The notes under the pieces were generated by a model, which searched no databases, was not told the DNA's origin, and was given only the letters and a program-made list of their open reading frames with translations. Position numbers and translations under genes: made by a program. Shown here piece after piece: positions 1 through 13,260 of a DNA stretch of 28,257 bases (the first letter of the stretch is position 1; each line of letters begins with the position of its first letter). The DNA is taken from the NCBI RefSeq assembly GCF_006345805.1, contig NW_021827516.1, positions 1 to 28,257 of the forward strand, read 5' to 3'. This DNA is from Octopus sinensis. Taxonomy: Eukaryota.

Positions 1-16
1 ACCATCTTTCGGTTAT
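1..16 (-). repeat. Terminal fragment of the hammerhead-containing short repeat seen at 17757-18062
   Basis: ACCATCTTTCGGTTAT matches ACCATCTCTTCGGTTAT (17837-17853) with one deletion; truncated by the window edge. Confidence 0.45.
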
Positions 17-213
17 TGCTGCTGTTTTTGTCGTCGTTCGTGCTGCTACTGCTGCTGCGGTTGTTGTTGTTGCTGATGCTGCTGCTACTGCTGCTGTTGT
101 CGCTGTTGTCTTCTTCTTCTTCTTCTTCTTCTTCTTCTTCTTCTTCTTCTTCTTCTTCTTCTTCTTCTTCTTCTTTTCTTCTTCTTCTTCTTCTTCTTCT
201 CTTCTTCTTCTTC
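16..213. repeat. Compound trinucleotide microsatellite (GCT/GTT)n then (TCT)n
   Basis: Directly visible; explains the poly-L/poly-S ORF 16..255. Confidence 0.95.
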
Positions 214-489
214 CAATCAGGACTCACGCCATTAGCCACAAGGAATAATCTCTAATTCGAGCCTACTTTAAGCTACTAAGAATGCGTGTGGCATCTTGAA
301 GACCCACCCACCACAAGCGATGGACAGGCGGTTGCACGAGCGCGAAAGCTACGTTGTTATCTTCATTCCGTAAACGGTGGCTTTTAACGGGTGGAGAGCT
401 GAACTATCCTGGGGTACAGAGGATTCGCAATCTAGACTAGGGTGTGAAATTTTACCACGCCATAGTGGGTTACGCCATGGTTCCTCTGC

Positions 490-686
490 TTTGTGGCAGA
501 AGTAGGAAGAGAGAGTGAGAGAAAGTTGTGGTGAAAGAGTACAGCGGAGTTCACCACCCCTCCCCGCCGGAGCCTCGTGGAGCTTAAGTGTTTTTGCTCA
601 ATAAACACAATGCCCGGTCTGAGAATCGAAACCGCGTTCTTACGACCGCGAGTCCGCTGCCCTAACCACTAGGCCATTGCGCCTCC
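490..686 (-). mobile_element. tRNA-derived SINE (tRNA-Arg-like head), 3'-truncated
   Basis: Minus strand reads GGAGGCGCAATGGCCTAGTGGTTAGGGCAGCGGACTCGCGGTCGTAAGAACGCGGTTTCGATTCTCAGACC: A box TGGCCTAGTGG and B-box-like GGTTTCGATTC, followed by non-tRNA body. tRNA-derived SINE families are established in octopus. Confidence 0.75.
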
Positions 687-1152
687 ACACTGCCGTTGTT
701 GGTTGCTCTTGTTGTTCAGACTTAGGCCAAATGTAATCGAGCAGACCTATGATTAAAAATATTCCAACCATGGCTCATTCGTATTTATTTATGAGGAGAG
801 GCTGTTATCTCGGATTACATTACCTAATATATCTTTTTCCTCTTTTAAAGTCGGTGAACAGAGACTAGATATTCGGACGCAGAGAACTGCCACCGTCATC
901 ATATAAACAATGCAAAATGCTGCAGAAAATGACGATATGGCTCCACCTGGGTTAAACTTCTGGATAACTAGCGAATAACTGTATAGAGCGAATCGTTTAG
1001 AGTATATCCAAGAGTAGGATAGCAGAGATAACCGAACCAGGAAAGCGCCGGTCAGAATGGCTTTACATTATCTCTCTCGTTAATAGTGTCTTAATTCAAA
1101 ACCTACTCAACCTCTGGAAATGTTCGCCGCGTTCATAACCTTTCATCTTACT

Positions 1153-1387
1153 CTTACTCTTACTCTTTCTTGTTTCAGTCATTTGACTGCGGCCATGCTG
1201 GAGCACCGCCTTTAGTCGGGCAAATCGACCCGGGACTTATTCTTTGTAAGCCCAGTACTTATTCTATCGGTCTCTTTTGCCGAACCGCTAAGGACGGGGA
1301 CGTAAACACCAGCATCAGTTGTCAAGCAATGCTAGGGGGACAAACACAGACACACAACACATACATAACATATATATATATATATAT

Positions 1388-1456
<69 letters not shown>

Positions 1457-1618
1457 CGACAGGCTTCTTTCAGTTTCCGTCTACAAATACACTCACAAGG
1501 CATTGGTCGGCCCGGGGCTATAGCAGAAGACACTTGCGCAAGATGCCACGCAGTGGGACTGAACCCGGAACCATGTGGTTGGTTAGCAAGCTACTTACCA
1601 CACAGCCACTCCTGCGCC
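1153..1618 (-). mobile_element. SINE family A, full-length copy with internal (TA)n
   Basis: Minus-strand head GGCGCAGGAGTGGCTGTGTGGTAAGTAGCTTGC...GGTTCAGTCCCACTGCGTGGC (A/B boxes); nearly identical to the copy at 20389-20781. Confidence 0.9.
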
Positions 1619-1627
1619 ATCTGTTAT

Positions 1628-1830
1628 TTGTTTCAGTCATAAGACTGTGGCCATGCTGCGGCATAACATTGAAGAATTTCATTGAATGATCCCAGTACTT
1701 ATTTTTTTTTTTTTGTATTTTAAGCCTGCTACTTATTCTATCGGTTCATTTTGCTGAACCGCTAAGTTATGCGGACGTAAACACTCCCAAACCGGTTGTC
1801 CAGCTGTGATGGAGGAAAAATACATACTTG
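1628..1830 (-). mobile_element. SINE family A, diverged 3' fragment
   Basis: TGTTTCAGTCA..GACTGTGGCCATGCTG and TACTTATTCTATCGG..TTTTGCTGAACCGCTAAG motifs shared with 1153-1618. Confidence 0.75.
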
Positions 1831-1949
1831 CATACACAGACGAACAAACATGCATATACAACCCCCACCCCACCCACACACACATATATATATACTTATC
1901 TGTAGATACACACACATACATATATAGAGAGTGAGAGAGAAATAGGTGG

Positions 1950-1950
1950 A

Positions 1951-2035
<85 letters not shown>

Positions 2036-2040
2036 CCATC

Positions 2041-2082
<42 letters not shown>

Positions 2083-2089
2083 TTCTCTA

Positions 2090-2136
<47 letters not shown>

Positions 2137-2225
2137 TTTTATATGTACCGTGTATATATATATACATATATATATTTATGTGTGTGTGTGTGCGTCTGTG
2201 TTTGTGTATCTGTGTGTGTGGTGTA
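1950..2225. repeat. Compound microsatellite (TATC)n(CT)n(TA)n(TG)n
   Basis: Directly visible. Confidence 0.95.
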
Positions 2226-2517
2226 TGTGTATGCATTCTTTTCTCATATGTGTATTTTCGTATTTTCTTTTCAGATCGCTTAGTTTTGGTAAAAATAACA
2301 CAAATAAGCAATCAAGAAGATAAATAGCACCATGAACAAAAGTTTTATGGTCAATGTCAGTAAGAGAGTGAAGCAGCAAAAAAAAAAAAAATAATAAAAA
2401 ATAATAATAATGAAGTAACATCTAGTGGCAATATTATTTTCGCTATTTCTGCTGCTGATTCTAACAGTTTGGCGGACGAATCAATAAAAACATTGAAATA
2501 TCGTTTCTCGCTGTTTT

Positions 2518-2580
2518 CCGGAAGTGGATTATTATTAATAACGTCAGTTTCCGGTGAAGCACGGATGTATTATATAAAAG
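2518..2580 (+). promoter_or_regulatory. Candidate core promoter: ETS-type sites, CRE half-site and TATA box
   Basis: CCGGAAGT 2518-2525, ACGTCA 2541-2546, TTTCCGGT 2548-2555, ACGGATGT 2561-2568, TATAAAAG 2573-2580. Motif match only. Confidence 0.3.
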
Positions 2581-4349
2581 TATTTGTGTAGTAATATCTT
2601 ATGTTCATCTGCTATGAGGGCATGGAATGGTTATTACACTCCTCACCTCTTCTGGTTAATATCACTTTGTTTAGCATTGTTAATATTCAGAATGATTAAG
2701 TTCATTTTCAACTTTTATTACGAGGTCATCTGAAGGAAAGACATAGAGTTTACTATTATTACAGATTAGGAAGATAGCTATTTACTTCCAACTTGAAAAC
2801 AAAATAGCAAAGCACACAAATTAAGTGTGAGTGTTATGTCTGTTGACAGCGGCATACATTTAAATAAGTAGATGTTTTAAGACCTTGTTCATAGACTGCT
2901 GCCAAAATAAACACTAGTGTGACAGTTTGACATAGAATGAGATCTAATGTTTATAATATTCCGTCAACAAATTATTGATCTTTAGTTTAGTCTATGGAAA
3001 ACGGTTTTCTGGGAATATAATGAGTTGCGTTGAGTGAGTATGCTCTCGAAGAACGAAGTGACCATGTGGTTTGAAAGCCATCGCTAACTGATTGGATCAA
3101 TATAGCTGATATTCAAAACAGTCTTGTGTAAGCAAATGCCTGTTGGTGAAAATATGTTGTCAGATGAAGTGAGGAGAGAGGGTTAAAGCTTTGGGGGAAA
3201 TTATATTAAGCAATGTTATAAATGGAAAGACAAGTGAAGAGATAACTTCAACTTGCTACGCAGCATAAAAATATGCGGATCAAACATATCCTCCATTAGT
3301 AAACGCTACAGTGAAGAAGTCTGAGCTTAGAAGTGAAGTCGCTAGTAGGTGATTAGTAGGATCAAAACTGCCTCCACTGGAAATCAAGTACACCATCACA
3401 TGTTTCCATAGATTAGGTGGGTGAAGCTCTACATGGTTGCTCAATCTGACAGAAGTAGCAAACAAAATCCTGTCATAGCGCAATCCCACATGCTTACAAA
3501 AAAAGAAAGGGTACTTTAGATAATGCTATCCTGAGAAAAAGATGCAATAGTGATACCTGCAATGAGCTTGATCATAACATTCCATAGAGTCGTTAATGGT
3601 CAGCCACATAGCTCTTCCGTAAACAGTAAAGTGGTGTAATTCATGGTCAATAAGAAGGGATACTGAACATTTCCTGACTTTAAGGATATCGTGAAAGGCC
3701 TGATTGGAGGTCCAACCTGCGGAGTTTTTTTTTTTAACAGAGCTTAGAAAAACTGAAGGACTGCTGCAATAAGTGTGTGAATCTGAGAGGAGGGGGAATA
3801 TGTAGAATGAAATCATAACTAATTGATCTTCCTGTATTTTCTTTTACCCAAGAAAATACAGAATATACAGGATATACGTCTGAATCATATAGAGCACCTC
3901 CTGTTATGTCACTCATAAGACGATCTAAGACACCCGGTGGGCGGGAAAGAGTTTTATTTCAGCACTTGCAAGTTGGTGGTTAGGCATTGCGGTGTAATGC
4001 TTAAAGCAGTGTCGTCTAGATAAGAATAAATAACAGTGATGTTGGATGCATTAAAAATTTTATTGTATTTGTGTGCTGATAGGATTTCATGAAATACTTG
4101 GCTCTATTTTTAGTGACGTGTAAGCGGTAGGGATAAAATCATATGACTTCCCTCCTATTATGAGGAGTAGAAAGATATCGTTCTCGTTAAGTAGCGTTCT
4201 ATTGAACCGATGAAAGTTTGAAAGTAGTTTGTATGGTTAGGAAATGTGTGATGTGAAATAGTGTCATACAGATTTTCGCGGTGTTTGAGAAGAGCTGGTG
4301 TTATGGCGTAATATTACAGTCTTTATCCCATTCATGTATTTACCTATAG

Positions 4350-4386
<37 letters not shown>

Positions 4387-4422
4387 TATATATATATATA
4401 TACATACATTACATAACACATA

Positions 4423-4654
4423 TTTATTTATTACCCACAAGGGGCTAAACATAGAGGGGACAAATAAGGACAGACATAGGTATTAAGTCGATTACATAAA
4501 CCCCAGTGCGTAACTGGTACTTAATTTATCGACCCCGAAAGGATGAAAGGCAAAGTCGACCCCGGCGGAATTTGAACTCAGAACGTAGCGGCGGACCAAA
4601 TACCACCCACAAAGCATTTCGCCCAGCGTGCTAACGTTTCTGCCAGCTCGCCGC
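4423..4654 (-). mobile_element. SINE family B, near full-length
   Basis: Minus strand GCGGCGAGCTGGCAGAAACGTTAGCACGCTGGGCGAAATGCTT...GAGTTCAAATTCCGCC..GGTCGACTTTGCCTTTCATCCTTTCGGGGTCGATAAATTAAGTACCAG, ending in an AATAAATAAA-type tail; homologous to 19196-19830 and 26875-27020. Confidence 0.85.
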
Positions 4655-4683
4655 ATACATACATACATACAAACGTACATATA

Positions 4684-4687
<4 letters not shown>

Positions 4688-4767
<80 letters not shown>

Positions 4768-4975
4768 TTATTATGTCTGGGTTTGTTCCCTACCACCGCT
4801 TGACAACAGGTGTTGTGTCTATCTCCCCGTAAATTTGCGGTTCGGCAAAAGAGACAGATAAAATAAGAACTAGGCTGAAAAGAAAATAAGTACTGAGGTC
4901 GATTCATTCGACTAAAATTTCTTCAAGGCAGTGCCCCAGTATGGCCGCAGTCTAATTACTGAAGCAAGTAAAAAA
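4688..4975 (+). mobile_element. SINE family A, 3' half with (GT)n
   Basis: CGCTTGACAAC...GCGGTTCGGCAAAAGAGAC.GATA..ATAAG...TTCGACTAAA...TGGCCGCAGTC..A.TACTGAAGCAAGTAAAA is the reverse complement of the family A 3' half. Confidence 0.8.
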
Positions 4976-5149
4976 ACAAAAAACATAGGACACACACACA
5001 CTAAAAACACGCGTACACACAGATTCACCTATAAGAACCACAAACTAATCTGATTATACCATTGAAAACGAGCTGAAAAAACTTTGCCAAAGTACTTTCT
5101 TCTTCATATGAAATTAACTGAGCCATTGGTCTTATCTTTTTCCATTACG

Positions 5150-5350
5150 TTTTACTTGTTTTCCTCGTTTGATTATGGCCATGCTGGGGCATCGCCAGGA
5201 ATGGTTCAATCGAACGAATCGACGCCAGTACATACTTTGAAGCTTGGTACTTTTTCTATCGGGTCTCTTTTATCGGGCATCTAAGTTACGAAGACGCAAA
5301 CAAACCATCTCTGGTTTTCAAGCGATGGTGGGGTACAAACGACACACACA
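5150..5350 (-). mobile_element. SINE family A, diverged 3' fragment
   Basis: TTTTACTTGTTT...GGCCATGCTGGGGCA...TTCTATCGGGTCTCTTT...CTAAGTTACG...CAAGCGATGGTGGGG. Confidence 0.7.
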
Positions 5351-5399
5351 CTCATACACACATGTATATACTTATACATATATATATATAATATATATA

Positions 5400-6185
5400 T
5401 ATAACTTAGAATAACTTAGAAAGGTTTTGGCCAGTATTGGCCCAGGCCATGTCTAACTTAATAGCACCACCTGGCGAAGTCTTTCAATTCAGGATTTGGG
5501 CACCGAGGCCACTCGAGCAGAGAGTTATTGTTTGCGGAGACATATCCGGGTGTGGGTGGTTTGTCCGGGACTGTTTGAAGGAATTTGTCGAAAGACTTCT
5601 TGAATTTTGTGTGGTCAGTTTCTTTTTTGACGTGTCCTGGTGTAATGTTGAAGAGAGCGAGTCCAATTGAGGTGAAATAATTGTGCCGTATTGTCGTTAT
5701 GTGATGCGATTTAGATTTTTGTTGTGGACGGATGGCACGTGGTCCAAGCCTTGGATGTATTTTGAAGGTGATGCCAACATCATTCGGACAGTGCTGATGA
5801 ATATTTCCACATCATACAGATAATGTAGCGTTCACGGCGTCGTTGGAGTGAATACAGTTTCAGCTTCTCTAGTCTACCCCAGTAGTCAAGGTCTGACATG
5901 CCATCTATCTTTTTTGTGATTGACCTTTGGGGAGCTTCAATTCTCATAATATTTTGTTTTGTGTAGGGAGACCACAGTGGACACAGTATTCAAGGTGGGG
6001 TCGGGCAAAAGTGGAGAAGAGAAGGATAATAGTGTGGGAATCTCTCGACTGGCGGTTCTGAGAATCCAGGAACACATTCTGCGGGCCATGTCAACTTTGC
6101 TGCTTATATGTGTAGCCCAGCTTATGTTGTTGTCCACTGTTACTCTCCCAAGTCTCTGATGATTACTCCCAAGTCTCTGATTTAC
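5400..6185 (-). mobile_element. CR1/L2-group LINE, 5'-truncated 3' end (decayed)
   Basis: Minus-strand translation VTVDNNISWATHISSKVDMARRMCSWILRT... matches the post-RT region of the copy at 13261-15818. Both share the 3' end GACTTCGCCA.GTGGTGCT.TTAA.TTAGACATGGCCTGGG and a (TTCTAAGTTA)n tail (5400-5421). Confidence 0.85.
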
Positions 6186-6212
6186 CACATACACACACGC
6201 GCACAATATATG

Positions 6213-6216
<4 letters not shown>

Positions 6217-6308
<92 letters not shown>

Positions 6309-6524
6309 CACACCACCTTACACACACAACACGCGCACATATATGAATATATATATATATATACATACATGTGTTTCTCGCAGCCCATAATGTATATGTA
6401 TTATGTATGTATGTATGTATGTATGTATGTAGTATGTATGTATGTATGCATGTATGTATGTGTGTGTATGCATGCATGTATGTACGTATGCATTTATGTG
6501 TGTATTTATGTACGTATGTATGTA
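6217..6524. repeat. Compound microsatellite (TA)n/(TATG)n
   Basis: Directly visible. Confidence 0.9.
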
Positions 6525-6739
6525 TGACGGGCTTACACACAGTTTACTTCTACCAAATTCACTGACATATTAAGGAGAATAAACAATCGTAACGTTCCTT
6601 GAGGATCCACGTAGTTCCTCCGTAAACCGTCTCTGAATATAGTAGAAGACACTTCCCCAAGGGGCCACGCAGTAGGACTGAATCCGCAACCGCACAGTTT
6701 GCAAAGCGAGCTTCTTAACCGCACAGCCATGCCTACGCT
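6525..6739 (-). mobile_element. SINE family A, diverged 5' half
   Basis: GACGGGCTT...CTACCAAATTCACT...ATAGTAGAAGACACTT.CCCAAGG.GCCACGCAGT.GGACTGAA...CACAGCCA; contains an internal insertion. Confidence 0.7.
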
Positions 6740-7377
6740 TTTTGGTGTAGATGATTGATGTTTTACAATATAAACCAACAACACAGATCACTGGCTTCTC
6801 ATTGCAGCTGTATGTTCTTTTTATAAATGTACAACTTGGTTGGATAGAAATTTACCATTTTCAAAGTAATTTTTTTTTTTATTCTTCTATGTGGATTTGT
6901 TTGTCCTGGACTGTCTTCCTGTATGCCTGTCTGTTGCTCTTTCTTTCTCTTTCTTTTTTCTTTCTTTTATTCTTTGATTCTTTCCCTCTCCCTCTTTCCT
7001 CACCTCTCTCTCTCTCTCTTAATCTCCCTCTCTCTGTAGCGTTGTGTATATCTGTGTGCGATCTTGTATGCATGCCTTTCAGCTCGTATTTGCGTTTGTG
7101 TGCTCTTATGTGAGAGAAAGCTTGGACGGGTATATCAGTGTGTGTATGTGTCTATGCGGTCGTTCTTTTCGTGCTCGCGCGTTTGTGTATTTGGTGTTGA
7201 GTGAGTGAGTGAGTAAGTATATGTGCGTGTTAGTGGATATGATTGTTTGACCCTAGTAAAAAAAGCTGTTACTCTATGACAAGATAAGTTCTCTTTCCTT
7301 CCCTTAGCAGTTCTACACAACAAATGGATGTATACAATGATTCTTCATATATATATATATATAAAGCATACACGTAT

Positions 7378-7384
<7 letters not shown>

Positions 7385-7422
<38 letters not shown>

Positions 7423-7435
7423 CTGGATACATTTA

Positions 7436-7506
<71 letters not shown>

Positions 7507-7622
7507 GTGTGTGTGGATATGTGTCTATACACAAATATGTATACACGCATATATATATATATATACTTACATAATATATACACACAGATACATACACATA
7601 TACATATAGATGTGTGTGTGTG

Positions 7623-7688
<66 letters not shown>

Positions 7689-7745
7689 TGTATGTATGTA
7701 TGTATGTATGTGTGTGTGTGTGTATTTATATATATATATGTGTAT
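7385..7745. repeat. Compound microsatellite (TA)n/(TG)n/(TATG)n
   Basis: Directly visible. Confidence 0.9.
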
Positions 7746-8454
7746 ACACACAAACTTACACGTACGTACATACTCACGTCCATATATATATTATGTTACA
7801 TTACATCTACATACATACATACATAATTTGCACAAGGCAAATATTATTCTTTCCTCGCCTTTTCTTTCTTGAAATACAGATTAAAACCTCACTCAAGATA
7901 GCGGTTGTGTCTTATCAATAGAAAGCGGCGCAACGTAGACTTTTCGCATTGACGTAGCGATATTAATACTCTTCACACACATCTTTCCACTGTGGGATAT
8001 CATGTCAAGACAAGAGTGATATCCGTGTAACAGTAAGTATTATATGACATCACACGTCAGCAAAAAGGTAATCTAAGTCGAGTTCAAAGTGATATTATAT
8101 ACAAACATATGGCTGCAATCTTTCAAGCAGCGATGGATGTTTTTTTCATATGCCAAACCCATCAGTTACCACTTCTAGGCGAACACTTTAAACTACTTTT
8201 GTTATGTGTGTGTGTGTGTTTGTATATGTGTCTCTCGCTATCTATTCCCCCCCTCTCTCTCTCTCTTTATATATATATATATATATCTTGCCCTCTTACT
8301 TTCTCCATCCCTAATCTATCTATCTATCTATCTATCTATCTATTTAGACGTATTGCTGCTGTATTTCACTCAATGCCTACGTACTCGTGAATAAATTGTT
8401 TTGGTACAGAGTTTTTTCTTTTTTGCTTCATTCACTCAGCACTTAGAAATGTCT

Positions 8455-8583
8455 ATGTATGTATGTATGTATGTATGTATGTATGTATGTATGTATGTAT
8501 GTATGTATGTATGTATGTATGTATGTATGTATGTGTGTGTGTGTGTGTGTGTTGTCTGTGGTGTGTGTGGTGTGTGTGTGTGT

Positions 8584-8655
<72 letters not shown>

Positions 8656-8690
8656 ATGTATGTATGTATGTATGTATGTATGTATGTGTG
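8455..8690. repeat. Compound microsatellite (TATG)n(TG)n(TATG)n
   Basis: Directly visible. Confidence 0.95.
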
Positions 8691-8959
8691 CCTTTGTGTA
8701 GGGGAGGCGAGTATAACGCCTGCTGTTTCTCTCAGCAGAATGTAAATGTATCAATATGAAATAGACTGAAGTAATTATATCACTATTATAAAGAATTTGC
8801 TGTCTTTAAAACTATGTTAATGCCTTGACGAGTTGAACCGTTCTTCATGTCAAATAGCTCTTCTGCACATTTTTCTATGTAATCTATCAAAATATACATG
8901 CGCATGCGCGCTCACACGTACTTCCCTATATTATCCTTAAACTTTTCTCTCTATCTCTG

Positions 8960-8999
8960 TGTGTGTATGTATGTATGTATGTATGTGTATATGTATATA

Positions 9000-9086
<87 letters not shown>
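8960..9086. repeat. (TATG)n/(TA)n microsatellite
   Basis: Directly visible. Confidence 0.95.
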
Positions 9087-9088
<2 letters not shown>

Positions 9089-10729
9089 GAAATTCAGTTG
9101 AATTAGGCACTTAAGTTGAAGCACCAGGTCAGTCCGGTATTATCCGCACAGCTCGAAAGTAAGGTGAATAAAATCGAAATAAGCAACACGATACCAAGTA
9201 GTGATGCTGTACGACCGTTTCAAGCAACTCCATTTAACTGAACAATGCAATTATTACATTAATTTAAATGCAGTACCATTTCAGCTGGACAAAAAAATAA
9301 ATAGAATTTTAACCAGTAGGACACGTTAATATAATTTTTTTGCAAATATCTTAACAGACCAAGAAGATGGAAGAAATTTATGTTGTCTCTATTGTAGCTA
9401 AGAATAGTCTACACTTCCAAGAATCGCATGAAGCTTATTGGGGTCATAGTGTTGTAAGGAGTTATAATTTATTTCTAATTCATTTATCTCTTTATATACT
9501 ACTAAATCTAAGACTAGAAGACTGTGTCTAGTTTGGATAAAGGACAAGAGTGAGTTGACAGCTCCTGGCTAGGCATGGTCGTAAATATTATCATATGTAT
9601 CCGTTTTCCTCGGGAAGGAAAGAAGACATTAGGAGTAGTCAATTGGATATAAGTAACGGTCTATAAGAGGCTGGGTTGGGGAAGACTCTAAACCATGATG
9701 TTAATTACCAGTTAAAGGGGCAAGACGCTAAGAAACCTAGGATTTTAATACAGAGGAAATTTTATTTGGGGGCACTATGAATGATTGTATATAAACAATA
9801 TTGTTATGTTATACAAACATAAAATTTCAGATTTTCAAAAGTGATATCATAACAAAAATAGGCAAACTGTGTATACATCAATTATAAACATTAAAAAGGA
9901 AAGATTACATAGAATCAGTTTAATATTCATTCCTGTACTTAATTAATTACTTATTATGTGGCTTCTATAATGACTGCTCAGGGCATTTACTTATGGAATA
10001 ACTGGAAAGATAAACATGCTATCTATTGATTTTAAGCAATGAATCAGAAAAAGGTAAAGATGCATACATATACACATACATTTATATATGTGCATATATG
10101 CACACATACACAAATATTTATACGTTTATATGGATATAGTATAACGATCTCGCATAGATTTAAGTAACTGAAAAATATCTATTTAAGAAGAAGAAAAGCA
10201 ACAGTTTATAAGGGATAAGGGGTTAATAGGTAAGGATATCAAAATCACAAAACAAAATAAGAATTTACAGAAAACAATAAGAAATACACTTAACCTACAT
10301 TTAAAGAGACAAGTGATTAAAATTTGAGGTAGGGAAGAGATAAAAGTAAGCCGAAAAGAGGGGTTAATAGGTATTGGACGTAGTGAGGGCAGTTAAAGGT
10401 GTTAAGACCGAAGAGATTTTATAAGTTGTAATGTTATAGGTGCTATTGTATATATGATTTTGTACTTTCTAGGGGGTATATGATTTAGTTGAGAGGAGAC
10501 TTACTCACATAGTCACTACAAATATACATAATATGATCAGTGGTGTAAAACATCATATAAAGGAAAATAGTGTAATCACCAAAATAGGATGAAGTCAGAC
10601 TAAATATATAGCACACCACATACCATAACATATAGCTTATAACATATGCAATGCAATTTAATTCACCATATAATATAATATCCCATGATTTTATTATATT
10701 TAATACTAGAGGGTAAATTTACAACGGAT

Positions 10730-11287
10730 ACGACACCAAAATTAATCCGCTGCTCTCGTCTGAACCTCATTCCGAGCCCTTGTCTCATCTGATATTATGG
10801 AGAGGAAGATGAAGACATCTACGTCAGCAATATAGATTCCTTAAATTTTTGTGACAGGGCATTGAAGAGCTGTGGCCCTTTGAACCCTAGGCTACTGCAG
10901 TACCTGGTTGTGAATTTAGATGGAGTGATTGGTACGTATGGTACAATACATTGGCGTCCAATTCTGGCATTTGTATAACAAACAATGACGAAATTTAGGT
11001 GCTAGCCCTTCTAGAGTTTTCCATGTGTAGATTATTACATATTTGTCGCGCCTTCGCTCCACGGAGTAGAGTTGTAGTTTTTTCAGACTCCTCTTGCAAC
11101 TCATCTGCTGCATTGTTTCAATCATTTTAGTGTAGTTACTTTGGTAACGTATTGTGACCATAGCTGCGAGAAGTAGTCCACACGGCTGAGAACAAAGGGT
11201 TCTCCACGGGGTCAACATAACTTCTTGGTCTCTTGTCTTGAACGAACTTAGTATCCATCCTGCCAGAAGCTTGCAATTTGCTGCCAT
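10730..11287 (-). mobile_element. CR1/L2-group LINE 3' fragment, second subfamily (decayed)
   Basis: MAANCKLLAGWILSSFKTRDQEVMLT...LQLYSVERRRDKYVIIYTWKTLEGL resembles the post-RT LYSLxRRRERY..I..WKI motif of CR1/L2-like ORF2. Confidence 0.75.
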
Positions 11288-11379
11288 CTATCTATCTATC
11301 TATCTAGCTAGCTAGCTATCAGTGTATACATATATATATATATATGTATTTATATATATGTATGTATATATATATATAG

Positions 11380-11895
<516 letters not shown>

Positions 11896-11899
11896 GAAA

Positions 11900-12180
11900 T
11901 TGTTTCAGTGTTTGAATCATTTGGCTGCGGCCATGCTGGAGCGCTCCTTTGGCAGGTTTTAGTCGAACGAATCGACCCCTAAACTTAATTATCTTTTAAG
12001 CCTGTCACTTATTCTACCGTTCCTTTTTCCGAACTGCTAAGTTTCTCTACGTGGAGGTAAAGAAAATCAATTCCGGTTGTCAACAAAAACAAACAAAAAC
12101 GCATACTCATGAATATATACATATTTACAACGGGCTTCTTTTAGTTTCCGTTTACCAAATCCATTGGCAGGGCTTTTGTC
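11900..12180 (-). mobile_element. SINE family A, head-less copy
   Basis: GCTGCGGCCATGCTGGAGC...TTTAGTCGAACGAATCGACCCC...ACGGGCTTCTTTTAGTTTCCGTTTACCAAATCCA. Confidence 0.75.
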
Positions 12181-13039
12181 GATAAATTCTCGATAATCGG
12201 AAAATTTGAGGTTAGAAAATTGTATAACGAAAATTGTATAACGAAAGCATGAACGCCATAGCACTCAGTACCATTTCCCCTTAACATAGAAAAATGCCAT
12301 TTTCTATATAATATATATTTCAAACATATTCAATTTTATAATTTTATAATTAATTAGTGTTCTAAATACGAATTAATTAATGGTTTAAACATAAGCAAAC
12401 GTGATAATCAAAATATATTTCGATTTTCCACTATTTCAGGGCTCAAAGTGTATTTTTCTTTGCTTCTTTTCCTTTACATAAATATGTTTCTTCGTTACAA
12501 TTATATTGAATCCCAAATCTCCTTATAGACAAACTTCAGAATAGTTTAACGTAAAATATCTACGCAGTTATAATCTACAGCTATTGTCATAAATCACCCG
12601 TTGTTATTTCATCTTAAAACATTTTAAACAAGGACATAGATGCATGAAGTCACCTGTCATCCCGAAATTTGTAATTACTCTCACTCACTATGTTTGCTTC
12701 TACACATGTTACAGGTTTTACTCACATGCCATTTTGGTAAGTTTGGTTTAATTTATAGCTAATCAATTTGGCTTTCCTACTGGTCTTAATGTCAATAATA
12801 CGCAGGCCAACACCGTCTGTTCTGTCAGCATTAACCTTCTAAATACAAAATTACTATAAATCACATGCTGAGAGGTCAACCGGTCACACCATGTCAGAAG
12901 CATCTCATTTTGTCTTTGTTACCTAGACCTATTATTCTCAGAGGGATCCTTCACCGAGTTGTAAGACATAGTGGGGAAAATGACAGTACTGTAACTTTGA
13001 AGAGTGATTCTTTGACTGCCATACTGGTATCAATGATCT

Positions 13040-13245
13040 CAGAAACTACGTAAGTGTGGTTGCAGTATAGACTGCTACATGAGCGGAGAGAATTGCCCCT
13101 CGGAAATTACATCAAAAGAAATTATATCAAAGCTTGAAGAGCTTATATAATTCAGTGCAGTCTGTGCAGTTCAGATTAGGGGCCCAACATCTGACTTTTT
13201 CCTAGTTAGATCTGGAGTCCGTCAGAATTGTGTCGTGGCTGGGCT
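13040..13245 (+). mobile_element. Highly decayed RTE-type RT fragment
   Basis: 13199-13240 encodes FLVRSGVRQNCVVA, resembling the RTE RT motif SGVRQGCVLAP. Confidence 0.5.
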
Positions 13246-13260
13246 CTATAGGCTAACTCT

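Noticed and set aside
614-686. tRNA-like sequence, also at 25093-25165
   Set aside because: These are SINE heads with degenerate cloverleaf pairing that continue into SINE bodies; not tRNA genes.
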